Source: Gammaproteobacteria bacterium (GTDB lineage Bacteria > Pseudomonadota > Gammaproteobacteria > Steroidobacterales > JBCCMA01). From it: a DNA stretch of 64,000 nt. Positions 39,251 through 48,708 of the stretch are shown here, in pieces; within the stretch, counting starts at the first letter, position 1, and the number at the start of each line of letters is the position of its first letter. Location: NCBI GenBank assembly GCA_045107005.1, contig JBGCFP010000040.1, forward strand, positions 10,470 to 74,469, given 5' to 3'. The position numbers and the translations under genes were made by a program. A model generated the notes under the pieces. That model was not told the DNA's origin. It made no database searches and saw only the letters and a program-made list of their open reading frames with translations.

Positions 39251-40326
39251 GCTGTGGTCCTCGAAGTGGTCTGACGGCAACCCAGTGGATCATCGGGATC
39301 CACGCCGTCCATAAAAAGGCGATTTCGATCAAGGCTGGTTAACTGATAGACGCATCCCAGCCAATTGTTGAAGATCGCTTTGGCCGTGTCGCCCCAGGTG
39401 TTATCCAGCTGGTTCTCAATGCTCTGTTCCAGCGCCCGATCAGGCGGCGCGCCGCTGTCGATATGCCGCACCAACCGCTCCAGGTCGGCGTGCACACCGG
39501 CAGCAAAATAGTGTTCAGGGTGCGGCGGTCGGTCAGCGCGCTCACCTTGGGCGTAACGTACCGCCTCGCGCTTGTATTCCTTGAACAAGCTATTGGCATC
39601 GTATTCCGGATGGCCCTGAAAATATACAACCCGAAACTGATCCGGGCTAACCGCCAAATGAACGCCGCCTTCGTCACTGCTCGCCAGCACCGTCAGTCCC
39701 GCATCCTCTATCTGGCGCGCGGAAATGTCGTTGAAACGCGAATGCGGTGCATCAAAGCGCGTATTGATATCGCGCAACAACGGATGTCTGGCTGACCGAA
39801 TGCGATGGCGATAAACCCCCCAGCGCTTTGCCGGAAGGGGTTGGCGTGCGATTGCATGATTGCGCTGTAACAGTGCATGGGTCGCCAGACAGGAGCACAG
39901 GATCGACGCGACATGCTGCTCAGCCCAGTCGACCACGTCCATCAGTGGCGTCCAAAAGGCCTCTTGCGGAAGAGCTGGATTGGCGACGTTCGCGCCAGTA
40001 ATCACGAGCGCATCGAGCCCGTGTTCCTGCAGCTCCTCAAAACGATGATAGTGCTCATCAATGTAGCTCTGCGCGCTCGCGCCGCGCTGCAACTCGGGCA
40101 GAGAAAACGGATAGACGAAAAACTGTGCGATGCGATTGCACGATCCAACCAGCCGGATGAATTGACGCTCCGTCGCTTGCAGCGCCGAATCGGGCATCAT
40201 GTTCAAAAAACCGATGTGCAACTCGCGGATATCCTGACCGCGCGCCCGCTCGAGCGACAATAACTCGTGGCCCTGCTGACGCAGCGTCGAGAATGTGGGT
40301 AAATTAGAGTGAGCAACTAATGGCAT
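39247..40326 (-). CDS. metA: homoserine O-acyltransferase, MetA family
   Basis: MPLVAHSNLPTFSTLRQQGHELLS...IRELHIGFLNMMPD is the typical MetA N-terminus. I prefer the ATG at 40326. Confidence 0.9.
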   Translation of the reverse strand: MPLVAHSNLPTFSTLRQQGHELLSLERARGQDIRELHIGFLNMMPDSALQATERQFIRLVGSCNRIAQFFVYPFSLPELQRGASAQSYIDEHYHRFEELQEHGLDALVITGANVANPALPQEAFWTPLMDVVDWAEQHVASILCSCLATHALLQRNHAIARQPLPAKRWGVYRHRIRSARHPLLRDINTRFDAPHSRFNDISARQIEDAGLTVLASSDEGGVHLAVSPDQFRVVYFQGHPEYDANSLFKEYKREAVRYAQGERADRPPHPEHYFAAGVHADLERLVRHIDSGAPPDRALEQSIENQLDNTWGDTAKAIFNNWLGCVYQLTSLDRNRLFMDGVDPDDPLGCRQTTSRTTA

Positions 40327-40412
40327 GGTAGAGAGTGTACAGCGACTGGCCTGCAATAAACGTCAATCTCACGAATAGTACAAACCAGGCAACGACAACA
40401 GTAGGGAAAACG

Positions 40413-40784
40413 ATGAATCCATCAGTTAATGTTTTTGGTGAAACGCTCGGCGTTTGCGGCACCGACCCGGTGACCGGCTATTTTCGCGACGGCTGCTGCA
40501 ACACATCCGGGCGCGATTCGGGTTCACACACGGTGTGCGTTGAGCTAACGACCGAGTTCCTGGAATTTTCGCGCGACCGGGGGAACGACTTGATGACGCC
40601 GCGACCGGAATTTGGTTTTCCCGGGTTACGTGCCGGACAGCGCTGGTGCCTGTGCGCGTCGCGTTGGCTGGAGAGTTACGAGGCGGGTAGCGCACCGCGC
40701 GTGGTGCTGCAGTCTACGCACCAGCGCGCGCTCGAAATCGTCCCGCTGGACGTGCTGACTCCGTTTGCCCTGGATGTGAACTAG
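40413..40784 (+). CDS. DUF2237 family protein
   Basis: MNPSVNVFGETLGVCGTDPVTGYFRDGCCNT...GSHTVCVELTTEFLEF...GQRWCLCASRW matches the DUF2237 pattern as I remember it. Confidence 0.85.
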   Translation: MNPSVNVFGETLGVCGTDPVTGYFRDGCCNTSGRDSGSHTVCVELTTEFLEFSRDRGNDLMTPRPEFGFPGLRAGQRWCLCASRWLESYEAGSAPRVVLQSTHQRALEIVPLDVLTPFALDVN

Positions 40785-41567
40785 GTGCGCCAGAACGACG
40801 TGCCCGCCACTGATCAGAAGCTGGGCGGCAAGACCGCCCTGGTGACTGGTGCCAGCTCAGGGATCGGGCGCGGCGTGGCGTTGGCCTTTGCCGCGCACGG
40901 TGCGCGCGTCGCTGTCAACTTTCCGACGGCCGACGAACAAAGCGCCGCAGAGACTGTCTGTCAACGGATCACCGATGACGGCGGCGTCGCACAGGCAATT
41001 ATGGGCGACGTAGCCGAGGAGGCGCAGGTTGCGGCAATGATGAGTGAGGCCGAGCAGCGACTCGGTCCTATTGATATTTTGGTGAACAACGCGGGCATCG
41101 CACACACGGCGCCGCTTGAGGACATCCCCGTCACCGTCTGGGACCGGGTGCTGGCGGTACACCTGCGCGGTACGTTTCTGTGCACACGCGCGGTGTTGCC
41201 CGCGATGTACGAGCGGGGCTTTGGCCGCATTATCAATACCGCGTCCCAACTCGCCTACAAAGGCTCGCCGGGACTCACGCACTACACCGCCGCCAAAGGC
41301 GCGATCCTGGCCATGACCCGTTCGCTGGCGCTGGAAGCCGGGGCGCGCAACGTGACCATCAACTGCGTTGCGCCTGGCGCTACGCTGACACCGATCCTTG
41401 ACAGCGTACCTGATGAATTGCTCGAGCAAATTCGCGCGTCGATTCCGCTCGGACGCATGGCACAAGTTGCCGACATTGTACCGAGTTACGTCTTCCTCGC
41501 ATCGCAGGACGGCAGCCACTATCAGGGCCAGTGCCTGAGCCCCAACGGGGGCGATGTATTCCTCTAG
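40785..41567 (+). CDS. SDR family oxidoreductase (FabG-like)
   Basis: ALVTGASSGIGRG, NNAG, and YTAAKGA. The GTG start immediately follows the DUF2237 stop. Confidence 0.88.
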   Translation: MRQNDVPATDQKLGGKTALVTGASSGIGRGVALAFAAHGARVAVNFPTADEQSAAETVCQRITDDGGVAQAIMGDVAEEAQVAAMMSEAEQRLGPIDILVNNAGIAHTAPLEDIPVTVWDRVLAVHLRGTFLCTRAVLPAMYERGFGRIINTASQLAYKGSPGLTHYTAAKGAILAMTRSLALEAGARNVTINCVAPGATLTPILDSVPDELLEQIRASIPLGRMAQVADIVPSYVFLASQDGSHYQGQCLSPNGGDVFL

Positions 41568-41572
41568 CTGAC

Positions 41573-41603
41573 GGGGCCGCCGCCGCGCGGCCGCCCCGAT
41601 TTT
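41573..41603 (+). terminator. candidate intrinsic terminator after the SDR gene
   Basis: ggggccgccgc-cgc-gcggccgcccc forms an 11-bp GC stem with one mismatch, followed by gatttt. Confidence 0.5.
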
Positions 41604-41604
41604 G

Positions 41605-42573
41605 CTAGTTGTCTTGCTCAACACCTTTCATGAACTTGAACAAATCGCTGTCGGTGGACAGCACCAGCGTCGTCCCCTCTTCCACCATGGATTGGTACGA
41701 CTGCATCGTGCGGGTGAATTCGTAGAAATCGACCGCCGCGCGACTCTGGTTGTACGCGCTGGCATAGATCTCAGTGGCCTTGGCGTCTGCGACACCCCGA
41801 ATTTCTTCAACCTCGCGATACGCCTCGGATTGGATCTTGTTCAGGTCGCGCACCCGGTTACCGCCGATACGCGCAGCTTCACCATTACCCTCTGACAGGA
41901 ATCGCTCCGCAATCTGGCGTCGCTCACTGATCATGCGATCGTAAATTTTAGGGCGCACGCTTTCGTTGTAGTTGATGCGCTTGAAGCGGATATCCAGCAG
42001 CTCGATACCAAAGACCTTCACTTTGTCGACGGCCGCTTTATAAATCTCAAGTTCGACCAACTCACGTCCTTTGGTGATCGGCACCAGCTCGCCAACGCCG
42101 ATGGCTTCTTCGTTACCCACCAGTACATTGTCGCGCAGCGGCACGCGATCCTTGGTGGTGCGAATAATCTCGATCAGCTCGTGTTTCGCCACGGCATTGC
42201 GCGTTTCACTGCCGAGAATGTCGTCCAGACGCGACTGCGCACTGCGCTCGTCACGCAGTCGCAAAAAGTACTGCAGCGGGTCGGTGATGCGCCAGCGGGC
42301 GAACAAGTCCACCGAGATGTACAGCTTATCCTTGGTCGGCATGTCGGACGAGGCGCCGTCCCACTCCAGAACCCGCTTGTCGATCGGGTTGGTTTCCTGG
42401 ATGAACGGTTTCTTCAGCTTCAGGCCTGCCGTGGTCACCGGCTCGCCAACGGGCTTACCAAATTGCGTGACAATCACCTGCTCGACTTCGTGCACCGTAT
42501 AGACGGAGTTAAACAGCAACAGGACCAATAGAAACAGAGCAATGATGCCGATCATTTTCTTACCCTGACTCAT
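41605..42573 (-). CDS. hflC: FtsH protease modulator HflC (SPFH domain)
   Basis: An N-terminal TM helix followed by VHEVEQVIVTQFGKPVG and an SPFH/band-7 body. It has an ATGA overlap with hflK. Confidence 0.88.
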   Translation of the reverse strand: MSQGKKMIGIIALFLLVLLLFNSVYTVHEVEQVIVTQFGKPVGEPVTTAGLKLKKPFIQETNPIDKRVLEWDGASSDMPTKDKLYISVDLFARWRITDPLQYFLRLRDERSAQSRLDDILGSETRNAVAKHELIEIIRTTKDRVPLRDNVLVGNEEAIGVGELVPITKGRELVELEIYKAAVDKVKVFGIELLDIRFKRINYNESVRPKIYDRMISERRQIAERFLSEGNGEAARIGGNRVRDLNKIQSEAYREVEEIRGVADAKATEIYASAYNQSRAAVDFYEFTRTMQSYQSMVEEGTTLVLSTDSDLFKFMKGVEQDN

Positions 42574-43646
42574 TGTCCTACTCCTTTGGTGCCGTCCAGA
42601 TTGAGCAGCGGCAGAATGCCCTGCGTCTCATCATCGACGATCACTTTTGATTTCAGTTGCGGCATGACTTCCTGCATTGTCTCGATATAGATTCGGCGCT
42701 TGGTAACCTCGGGTGCTTTCAGGTACTCGGCGAACAGCGAGTTGAAGCGTGCCGCGTCGCCCTCTGCCTCGTTAATGCGTTTGAGCCGATAGCCATCCGC
42801 CTCGCGGATACGTTGATCTTTCTCGCCCTCCGCCAGCGGAATCACGCGGTTGTAATCGCGTCGCGCTTCGTTAATCAGCTTTTCCTTTTCCTGCTGCGCC
42901 TGGTTCACTTCGTTAAACGACGCTTGCACCGGTTTGGGCGGGTTGATGTTCTTGAGCTGCACCTGATCGATGCTGACGCCCATCTCGTATTTAATCGCCA
43001 GCGCCTGCATTTTGACGAGGGCTTCGGATTCAATGTCCTGACGCCCGACGGTAATCACTTCATCCACGGTTCGGTCGCCCACCACTTCGCGCATCACCGA
43101 TTCCGACACGTGACGCAGTGTGCCGCGCGGTTCGCGCACTTCAAACAAGAACTTGAACGGCTCGGCGATGCGGTACTGCACCACCCACTCCACGAGCGCC
43201 GCATTCAGGTCGCCGGTGACCATTTCCGTCTCCAGCCGGGCCTGACGCGCCGCATCGCGACCGCCGAAGCCAGGCGTCTGATAGATATCTCGTGCGCCCG
43301 GTGTGCCAAAACCGAACTCCTGCTTCAGTTGCCGTTTGACCGGCAACGTCGTCGCCACGTCGATGCCTAGCGGTAATTTAAAGTTCAAGCCAGGCTCAAC
43401 CACCTTCAAATACTTGCCAAAACGCTGGACGACAGCGACCGAGTCACTGGGCACGGTGTAACAAGCGGTATACAGGCCAAGGAGAATCACACCCACCAGC
43501 AGCATCGCCAAAGGTGCGCCGCCTCCCGGTAACAGGCGCTTGATGCGCAAACGTGACTGATTGACGATCGCCTCAAGCTCCGCGGGCGTCGTGGAGCGAG
43601 GGCCTCGAGGGCCTTTGCCTCGACCATTGTTGTTTTGCCATGACAT
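42570..43646 (-). CDS. hflK: FtsH protease modulator HflK (SPFH domain)
   Basis: MSWQNNNGRGKGPRGP, then a TM helix, then VPSDSVAVVQRFGKYLKVVEPGLNFKLP. This is the HflK layout. Confidence 0.88.
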   Translation of the reverse strand: MSWQNNNGRGKGPRGPRSTTPAELEAIVNQSRLRIKRLLPGGGAPLAMLLVGVILLGLYTACYTVPSDSVAVVQRFGKYLKVVEPGLNFKLPLGIDVATTLPVKRQLKQEFGFGTPGARDIYQTPGFGGRDAARQARLETEMVTGDLNAALVEWVVQYRIAEPFKFLFEVREPRGTLRHVSESVMREVVGDRTVDEVITVGRQDIESEALVKMQALAIKYEMGVSIDQVQLKNINPPKPVQASFNEVNQAQQEKEKLINEARRDYNRVIPLAEGEKDQRIREADGYRLKRINEAEGDAARFNSLFAEYLKAPEVTKRRIYIETMQEVMPQLKSKVIVDDETQGILPLLNLDGTKGVGQ

Positions 43647-43971
43647 AGCGTGATGTTCTCACCGTATTTAGAGGATTGGGACGACCGAATTTGGTCAAGT
43701 TTACTTTACTTTTAGAACGCCTGCTTAGGCGTTATGACGAGGTTGGGATATATTGTCCGCCATTGTGGTCTACAGGGCCAGAACACGTAGACAAACGTCC
43801 GGCAGCCAAACTCGGTCAGAGGCCCAACAATAACCTTAAACACTGCTCGAGTTTCTGCATCAAACCTAAGCTTGCACTATTCGTGAGATCTACCACTCTT
43901 GCGCCTGATTTTAGTGCGAGTCAGTCATTTCACATCAGCCGCACAGCTGTGCGCACGGCGGGGAGTTAAGT

Positions 43972-45600
43972 ATGGACAGGCGGGATTTTTTAAAAGTGAC
44001 CGGTGTAGGCGTAGGCGGACTCATGCTGCCAATCACCGGGCGACTGGTGGCAGCACAAGAGTTGATTTCGCCTGCCGATTTGAAACTCAAACGCAAACTG
44101 GCCGACGCGGCGCTCACTGCGGCCAAAAAAGCCGGTGCGAGCTACGCCGACGCGCGCATTGGACGCTACCTCAATCAGTTCGTCGTGACCCGCGAGATGA
44201 AGGTCCAAAACATCGTTAACACCGAATCCGCCGGTGTCGGCATTCGCGTGCTGGTCAACGATACCTGGGGCTTTGCGGCAACCAGCGACATGACGCCCAA
44301 AAAAGTGGCCGAAGCCGCGCGCAAAGCCGCCGCCATTGCCAAAGCCAACTCCAAGTTCCAGACCAACCCGGTGGTGCTCGCGCCGGTCAAAGGCGTCGGC
44401 GAAGTGTCGTGGAAAACGCCCATCAAGAAGAACGCGCTGGAGATTCCCATCGCGGACAAAGTGGATATGTTGATGGAGGTCAACAACGCGGCGCTGACCA
44501 ACGGCGCCGATTTCGTTAACTCCATTTTCTATCTGGTCAATGAGCAAAAATATTTCGCCAGCTCCGACGGCTCGTACATCGATCAGGACGTGCACCGGGT
44601 ATGGGCGCCCATGACCATTACCGCGGTGGATAAGGAAACCGGAAAATTCCGTACCCGCGCCGGCATCGGCGACCCCGTTGGTATGGGCTGGGAGTACTTC
44701 GACGGTAACGAGAAGGACAAAATTCAAGGCGTCACTACGTTGTACGGAAAGAGCTACGACATGGTTGAAGACGCCGTCAACGGCGCCAAGCAAGCCCGCA
44801 AGAAACTGACCGCGCGTTCGGTCAAGCCGGGACAATACGACCTGGTACTCGATCCGACGCATTTAATGCTGACCATCCACGAATCAGTCGGTCACCCGCT
44901 CGAGCTCGATCGCGTGCTTGGTTACGAAGCCAACTACGCCGGCACCAGTTTCGCGACACTCGACAAGTGGCGCAGTGGTGACTTCAACTACGGCAGTCCA
45001 GAGGTCACGCTGTTCGCGGACAAGACCCAGGAGGGCTCGGTCGGTGCAGTCGGTTACGACGATGAAGGTGTGCCAACCAAACGTTGGGATCTGGTGAAGG
45101 ACGGCGTACTGGTCAACTATCAGGCGATCCGCGATCAGGTGCACATCATCGACCAGAAAGAATCCCACGGCTGCTGCTACGCCGACAGCTGGTCCAGCGT
45201 CCAGTTCCAGCGCATGCCAAACGTGTCGTTGGCGCCGGGTAAAGAAAAATACAGTGCCCAGGACATGATCAAGGACGTCGAGGACGGCATTTATATTGTT
45301 GGTCGTGGCTCCTACTCGATCGATCAGCAGCGTTACAACTTCCAGTTTGGCGGTCAGCTGTTCTATGAAATCAAGGACGGCGAGATCACCGATCAGATTG
45401 AAGACGTGGCGTACCAGTCAAACACCCAGGAGTTCTGGAACGCCTGCACGAAGATTTGCGACGAAAGCGACTACCGCATTGGCGGCACGTTCTTCGATGG
45501 CAAGGGTCAGCCCCCTCAGGTCAGCGCCGTTTCGCACGGTTGCTCAACCACGCGCTTTGACGGCATCAACGTCATTAACACCGCGCGCAAACTCGGCTAA
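43972..45600 (+). CDS. TldD-family metallopeptidase with twin-arginine (Tat) signal
   Basis: MDRRDFLKVTGVGVGGLMLP is a Tat signal. The zinc motif HESVGHPLELDR (HExxxH) is present. GGGGAG Shine-Dalgarno sequence upstream. Confidence 0.88.
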   Translation: MDRRDFLKVTGVGVGGLMLPITGRLVAAQELISPADLKLKRKLADAALTAAKKAGASYADARIGRYLNQFVVTREMKVQNIVNTESAGVGIRVLVNDTWGFAATSDMTPKKVAEAARKAAAIAKANSKFQTNPVVLAPVKGVGEVSWKTPIKKNALEIPIADKVDMLMEVNNAALTNGADFVNSIFYLVNEQKYFASSDGSYIDQDVHRVWAPMTITAVDKETGKFRTRAGIGDPVGMGWEYFDGNEKDKIQGVTTLYGKSYDMVEDAVNGAKQARKKLTARSVKPGQYDLVLDPTHLMLTIHESVGHPLELDRVLGYEANYAGTSFATLDKWRSGDFNYGSPEVTLFADKTQEGSVGAVGYDDEGVPTKRWDLVKDGVLVNYQAIRDQVHIIDQKESHGCCYADSWSSVQFQRMPNVSLAPGKEKYSAQDMIKDVEDGIYIVGRGSYSIDQQRYNFQFGGQLFYEIKDGEITDQIEDVAYQSNTQEFWNACTKICDESDYRIGGTFFDGKGQPPQVSAVSHGCSTTRFDGINVINTARKLG

Positions 45601-45645
45601 GCCCGAACGCCAACGCACATAAACAAACAATCTTTAGGTGGAATC

Positions 45646-46974
45646 ATGGCCATACTGAGCAACAAACAAGCGAAGAAAATTCTGACCAAGGTGATCAAGC
45701 TGTCCAAAGCGGACGCCTGTGAAGCAAATCTTTCGGGCACCGTCGGCGGCAACATCCGCTATGCGCGCAACTCGGTGAGCACGGCAGGCGTAGTGAGCGA
45801 CACGACGCTCGGCGTGCAGTCCAATTTCGGCAAGAAGGTCGGCGTCGCAACGACCAACGAATTCGACGATGAATCATTGCTGCGCGTTGTGCGACGCTCT
45901 GAAGAGCTCGCGCAGTTGTCGCCGGAGAATCCGGAATTCATGCCGGTGCTCGGACCGCAAAAATACGTCGAGTCGAAGGGCTACGCGAAGTCGACGGCGG
46001 AGATAACGCCGGAAATGCGTGCGCAAGCGGCGCAAGACAGCATTGAGCCAAGCATGAAGAACGACGCAACCGCCGCGGGCTTCCTGACCGACAGCGCCGA
46101 CTTTGACGCAATGATGAACAGCGCCGGCCTCTACGCTTACAACACCAGCACCAGTGCCAACTTCACCGTCACCGTGCGCACCGACGACGGTACCGGGTCG
46201 GGCTGGGCCACGCTGGACGACAACGATATCAACCGTCTCGACACAGCGCGCGCCTCCAAAGTCGCCATCGACAAAGCCGTGATGTCGCGCGATGCCAAAG
46301 CGCTGGAACCGGGTAAGTACACCGTCATTCTCGAGCCCAACGCGCTGGCCTCGTTCATGGGCCAGATGGTGTTTGCGTTCGACGCCCGTCAGTCAGATGA
46401 AGGACGTACATTTTTGTCGAAAAAAGGCGGTGGCAACCGCATAGGCGAAAAAGTATTCGACGAGCGCGTCAATCTGTACGCCGACCCCACCGACTCGCGC
46501 GTGCCGACACGGCCGTGGGACGATTCGGGTCAGCCCATGAAACGCCTTGATATCGTCAAAGATGGCGTGATCAAGAATCTGTTCTACTCGCGCTACTGGG
46601 CCGAACAGCAAAAGGTGGCGGCCATTCCGCAGCCCAACAATCTGATTATGGAAGGCGGCAAGCGGTCGCTTGATGAAATGGTCGCCAACACCGATCGCGG
46701 GATCCTGGTGACACGCACCTGGTACATCCGCGCGGTCGATCCGCAGACGCAGCTCTACACCGGTCTGACCCGCGACGGCACCTTCTACATTGAAGAAGGC
46801 AAGATCAAGTATCCGGTCAAGAACTTCCGCTTCAATGAAAGCCCGGTGATCATGCTGAACAACCTTGAAGAGCTGGGCGTGCCGGAACGCGTTTCACTAT
46901 TCGGCTTCCCAGTGATGCTGCCGCCGGTCAAGGCTCGTGAATTCACGTTCACCAGCCTGTCCGACGCCGTTTAA
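45646..46974 (+). CDS. PmbA/TldE-family protein (no HExxxH, no obvious signal peptide)
   Basis: It has the TldD/PmbA-family C-terminal pattern (GILVTRTWYIRAVDPQT...TGLTRDGTFYIEEGKI) but lacks a zinc motif. This is what I would expect for the non-catalytic partner. Confidence 0.85.
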   Translation: MAILSNKQAKKILTKVIKLSKADACEANLSGTVGGNIRYARNSVSTAGVVSDTTLGVQSNFGKKVGVATTNEFDDESLLRVVRRSEELAQLSPENPEFMPVLGPQKYVESKGYAKSTAEITPEMRAQAAQDSIEPSMKNDATAAGFLTDSADFDAMMNSAGLYAYNTSTSANFTVTVRTDDGTGSGWATLDDNDINRLDTARASKVAIDKAVMSRDAKALEPGKYTVILEPNALASFMGQMVFAFDARQSDEGRTFLSKKGGGNRIGEKVFDERVNLYADPTDSRVPTRPWDDSGQPMKRLDIVKDGVIKNLFYSRYWAEQQKVAAIPQPNNLIMEGGKRSLDEMVANTDRGILVTRTWYIRAVDPQTQLYTGLTRDGTFYIEEGKIKYPVKNFRFNESPVIMLNNLEELGVPERVSLFGFPVMLPPVKAREFTFTSLSDAV

Positions 46975-46985
46975 GACCGCCCAAC

Positions 46986-47678
46986 GTGCGTCGACGGCGG
47001 TTTCTGCGTGCGGCGAGCTCAGCGCTCGCCGTCGCCTGCCTGCCGTCGACGCGCGGGACAGGTCCCTACGACTTCAGTTTCACTCGACTTCAGTACGAGT
47101 CAGGGGACTGGGACGTCGATGAGCGGATGCCGAACAATTTGCTCAATTCACTGGTGGAATACACGACCATTCGCGTCGACCCGCAAGAGCGGGTTGTTGC
47201 GCTGGCCGATCCCGCGATGCTGCAAGCGCCGTTTTGCTATTTGGCCGGCCACCGACTCGTGCAGTTTAACGAGGCCGAACGCGAGAACTTCGAGCGCTAC
47301 GTGCGCAGTGGCGGGTTTGTCTTCGTCGACGACTGCAATCACGATATCGACGGTTTGTTCGCGGTGTCTTTCGAAAAACAGATGCGCGAGATCTTTGGCA
47401 AGGACGCGCTGGCAAAGCTCCCGGACAATCATCCCGTTTACTCGTCCTTTTTCGAATTCGACGGTCCTCCAGCCACCAGTTTTGAACTCAACGGCTGGGG
47501 CGATGATCTGGTTCACGACTATCTGCGCGGCATCGATATCGGTGGCCGCACGGGCGTTCTGTACAGCAACAAGGACTACGGCTGCGAATGGGACTACGAC
47601 TACCGAAACAAACGCTGGCTGGCGCAAGACAATACCCGCTTCGGGGTCAACATTGTGCTCTACGCGCTGACTTACTGA
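46986..47678 (+). CDS. DUF4159 domain protein with Tat signal
   Basis: MRRRRFLRAASSALAVA is a Tat signal. FTRLQYESGDWDVDERMPNNLL...PFCYLAGH..FNEAERENFERYVRSGGFVFVDDC...GVNIVLYALT matches the DUF4159 pattern as I remember it. Confidence 0.8.
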   Translation: MRRRRFLRAASSALAVACLPSTRGTGPYDFSFTRLQYESGDWDVDERMPNNLLNSLVEYTTIRVDPQERVVALADPAMLQAPFCYLAGHRLVQFNEAERENFERYVRSGGFVFVDDCNHDIDGLFAVSFEKQMREIFGKDALAKLPDNHPVYSSFFEFDGPPATSFELNGWGDDLVHDYLRGIDIGGRTGVLYSNKDYGCEWDYDYRNKRWLAQDNTRFGVNIVLYALTY

Positions 47679-47691
47679 GGAAACGTATCGC

Positions 47692-48708
47692 ATGGCGGTG
47701 AACCCCATACTCAACGAGGCGGACGTCGCCGCGAAGGTCGCAGGGCTTGCCGACGTTCGAGAGGCGATAGGTCAGGTGATCGTCGGCCAGGCCGAGGTGG
47801 TCGAACACATGTTGATCGGGCTGCTCGCAGGCGGTCACTGTTTGATTGAAGGAGTACCTGGTCTCGGCAAGACGCTGCTGGTCAACAGTCTCGCGCGCGC
47901 CATGACGCTGAACTTTCGCCGTATTCAATTTACGCCCGATCTGATGCCCAGTGACGTTATTGGCACCGAAATTCTCGAAGAAGATCACGGCACCGGCAAG
48001 CGGTCCTTCAAGTTTCAGCCCGGGCCGGTGTTTGCCAATATTCTGCTGGCCGACGAAATCAACCGGACGCCGGCCAAAACGCAAGCGGCGCTGCTCGAGG
48101 CGATGCAGGAATGCTCGGTCACCTACGCCGGCGAAACGCACACATTAAATCCGCCGTTCTTCGTCCTGGCCACGCAGAATCCTTTGGAGCAGTCTGGCAC
48201 TTACGCCCTGCCCGAGGCACAGCTTGATCGCTTTTTGCTCCATATCGAGATCGACTACCCGACGCTCGACGAAGAAACCGAAGTGCTGCGCCGAACGACC
48301 GGAGCGAGCCCTGCGCCAATCAATAAAGTGATGTCTGCGGACGACGTCTTGGCACTGCAGGCGCTGACTCGACAAGTGTCAATTTCCGACGGACTGCTGC
48401 ACTACGTCACCCATCTGATCCGTGCGACTCGTCCGGGCAAAGACGCCGTGGGTGCGATTAGCGAATGGGTGAAGTGGGGCGCCGGTCCGCGCGCCGGCCA
48501 GGCACTGATCCTCGCGTCGAAGGGCCGCGCACTTCTGCACGGTCGCTACGCGGTGACCCGTGACGATTTACACGCCATGGTACTGCCCGTTCTGCGCCAT
48601 CGACTGATCCTGAATTTTCATGCCGAGGCCGAGCAAAAGCGCGTCGCCGACATCGTTGACGCACTGCTGACGCACTACCCGGCGCCTGACGACCCCATCG
48701 CGGGATGA
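47692..48708 (+). CDS. MoxR-family AAA+ ATPase
   Basis: Walker A LIEGVPGLGKT, Walker B ILLADEINRTPAKTQAALLEAMQE, followed by FFVLATQNPLEQSGTYALPEAQLDRF. Confidence 0.93.
   Translation: MAVNPILNEADVAAKVAGLADVREAIGQVIVGQAEVVEHMLIGLLAGGHCLIEGVPGLGKTLLVNSLARAMTLNFRRIQFTPDLMPSDVIGTEILEEDHGTGKRSFKFQPGPVFANILLADEINRTPAKTQAALLEAMQECSVTYAGETHTLNPPFFVLATQNPLEQSGTYALPEAQLDRFLLHIEIDYPTLDEETEVLRRTTGASPAPINKVMSADDVLALQALTRQVSISDGLLHYVTHLIRATRPGKDAVGAISEWVKWGAGPRAGQALILASKGRALLHGRYAVTRDDLHAMVLPVLRHRLILNFHAEAEQKRVADIVDALLTHYPAPDDPIAG

Noticed and set aside
40327-40412. Possible SAM riboswitch upstream of metA
   Set aside because: Only 86 bp are shared with the divergent DUF2237 gene, which leaves no room for a riboswitch plus two promoters, and I recognised no conserved SAM-element features.
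47008-47670. 220-aa alternative-frame + ORF inside the DUF4159 gene
   Set aside because: It has a Ser/Thr/Arg/Cys-rich composition, and the other frame carries the Tat signal and DUF4159 motifs.
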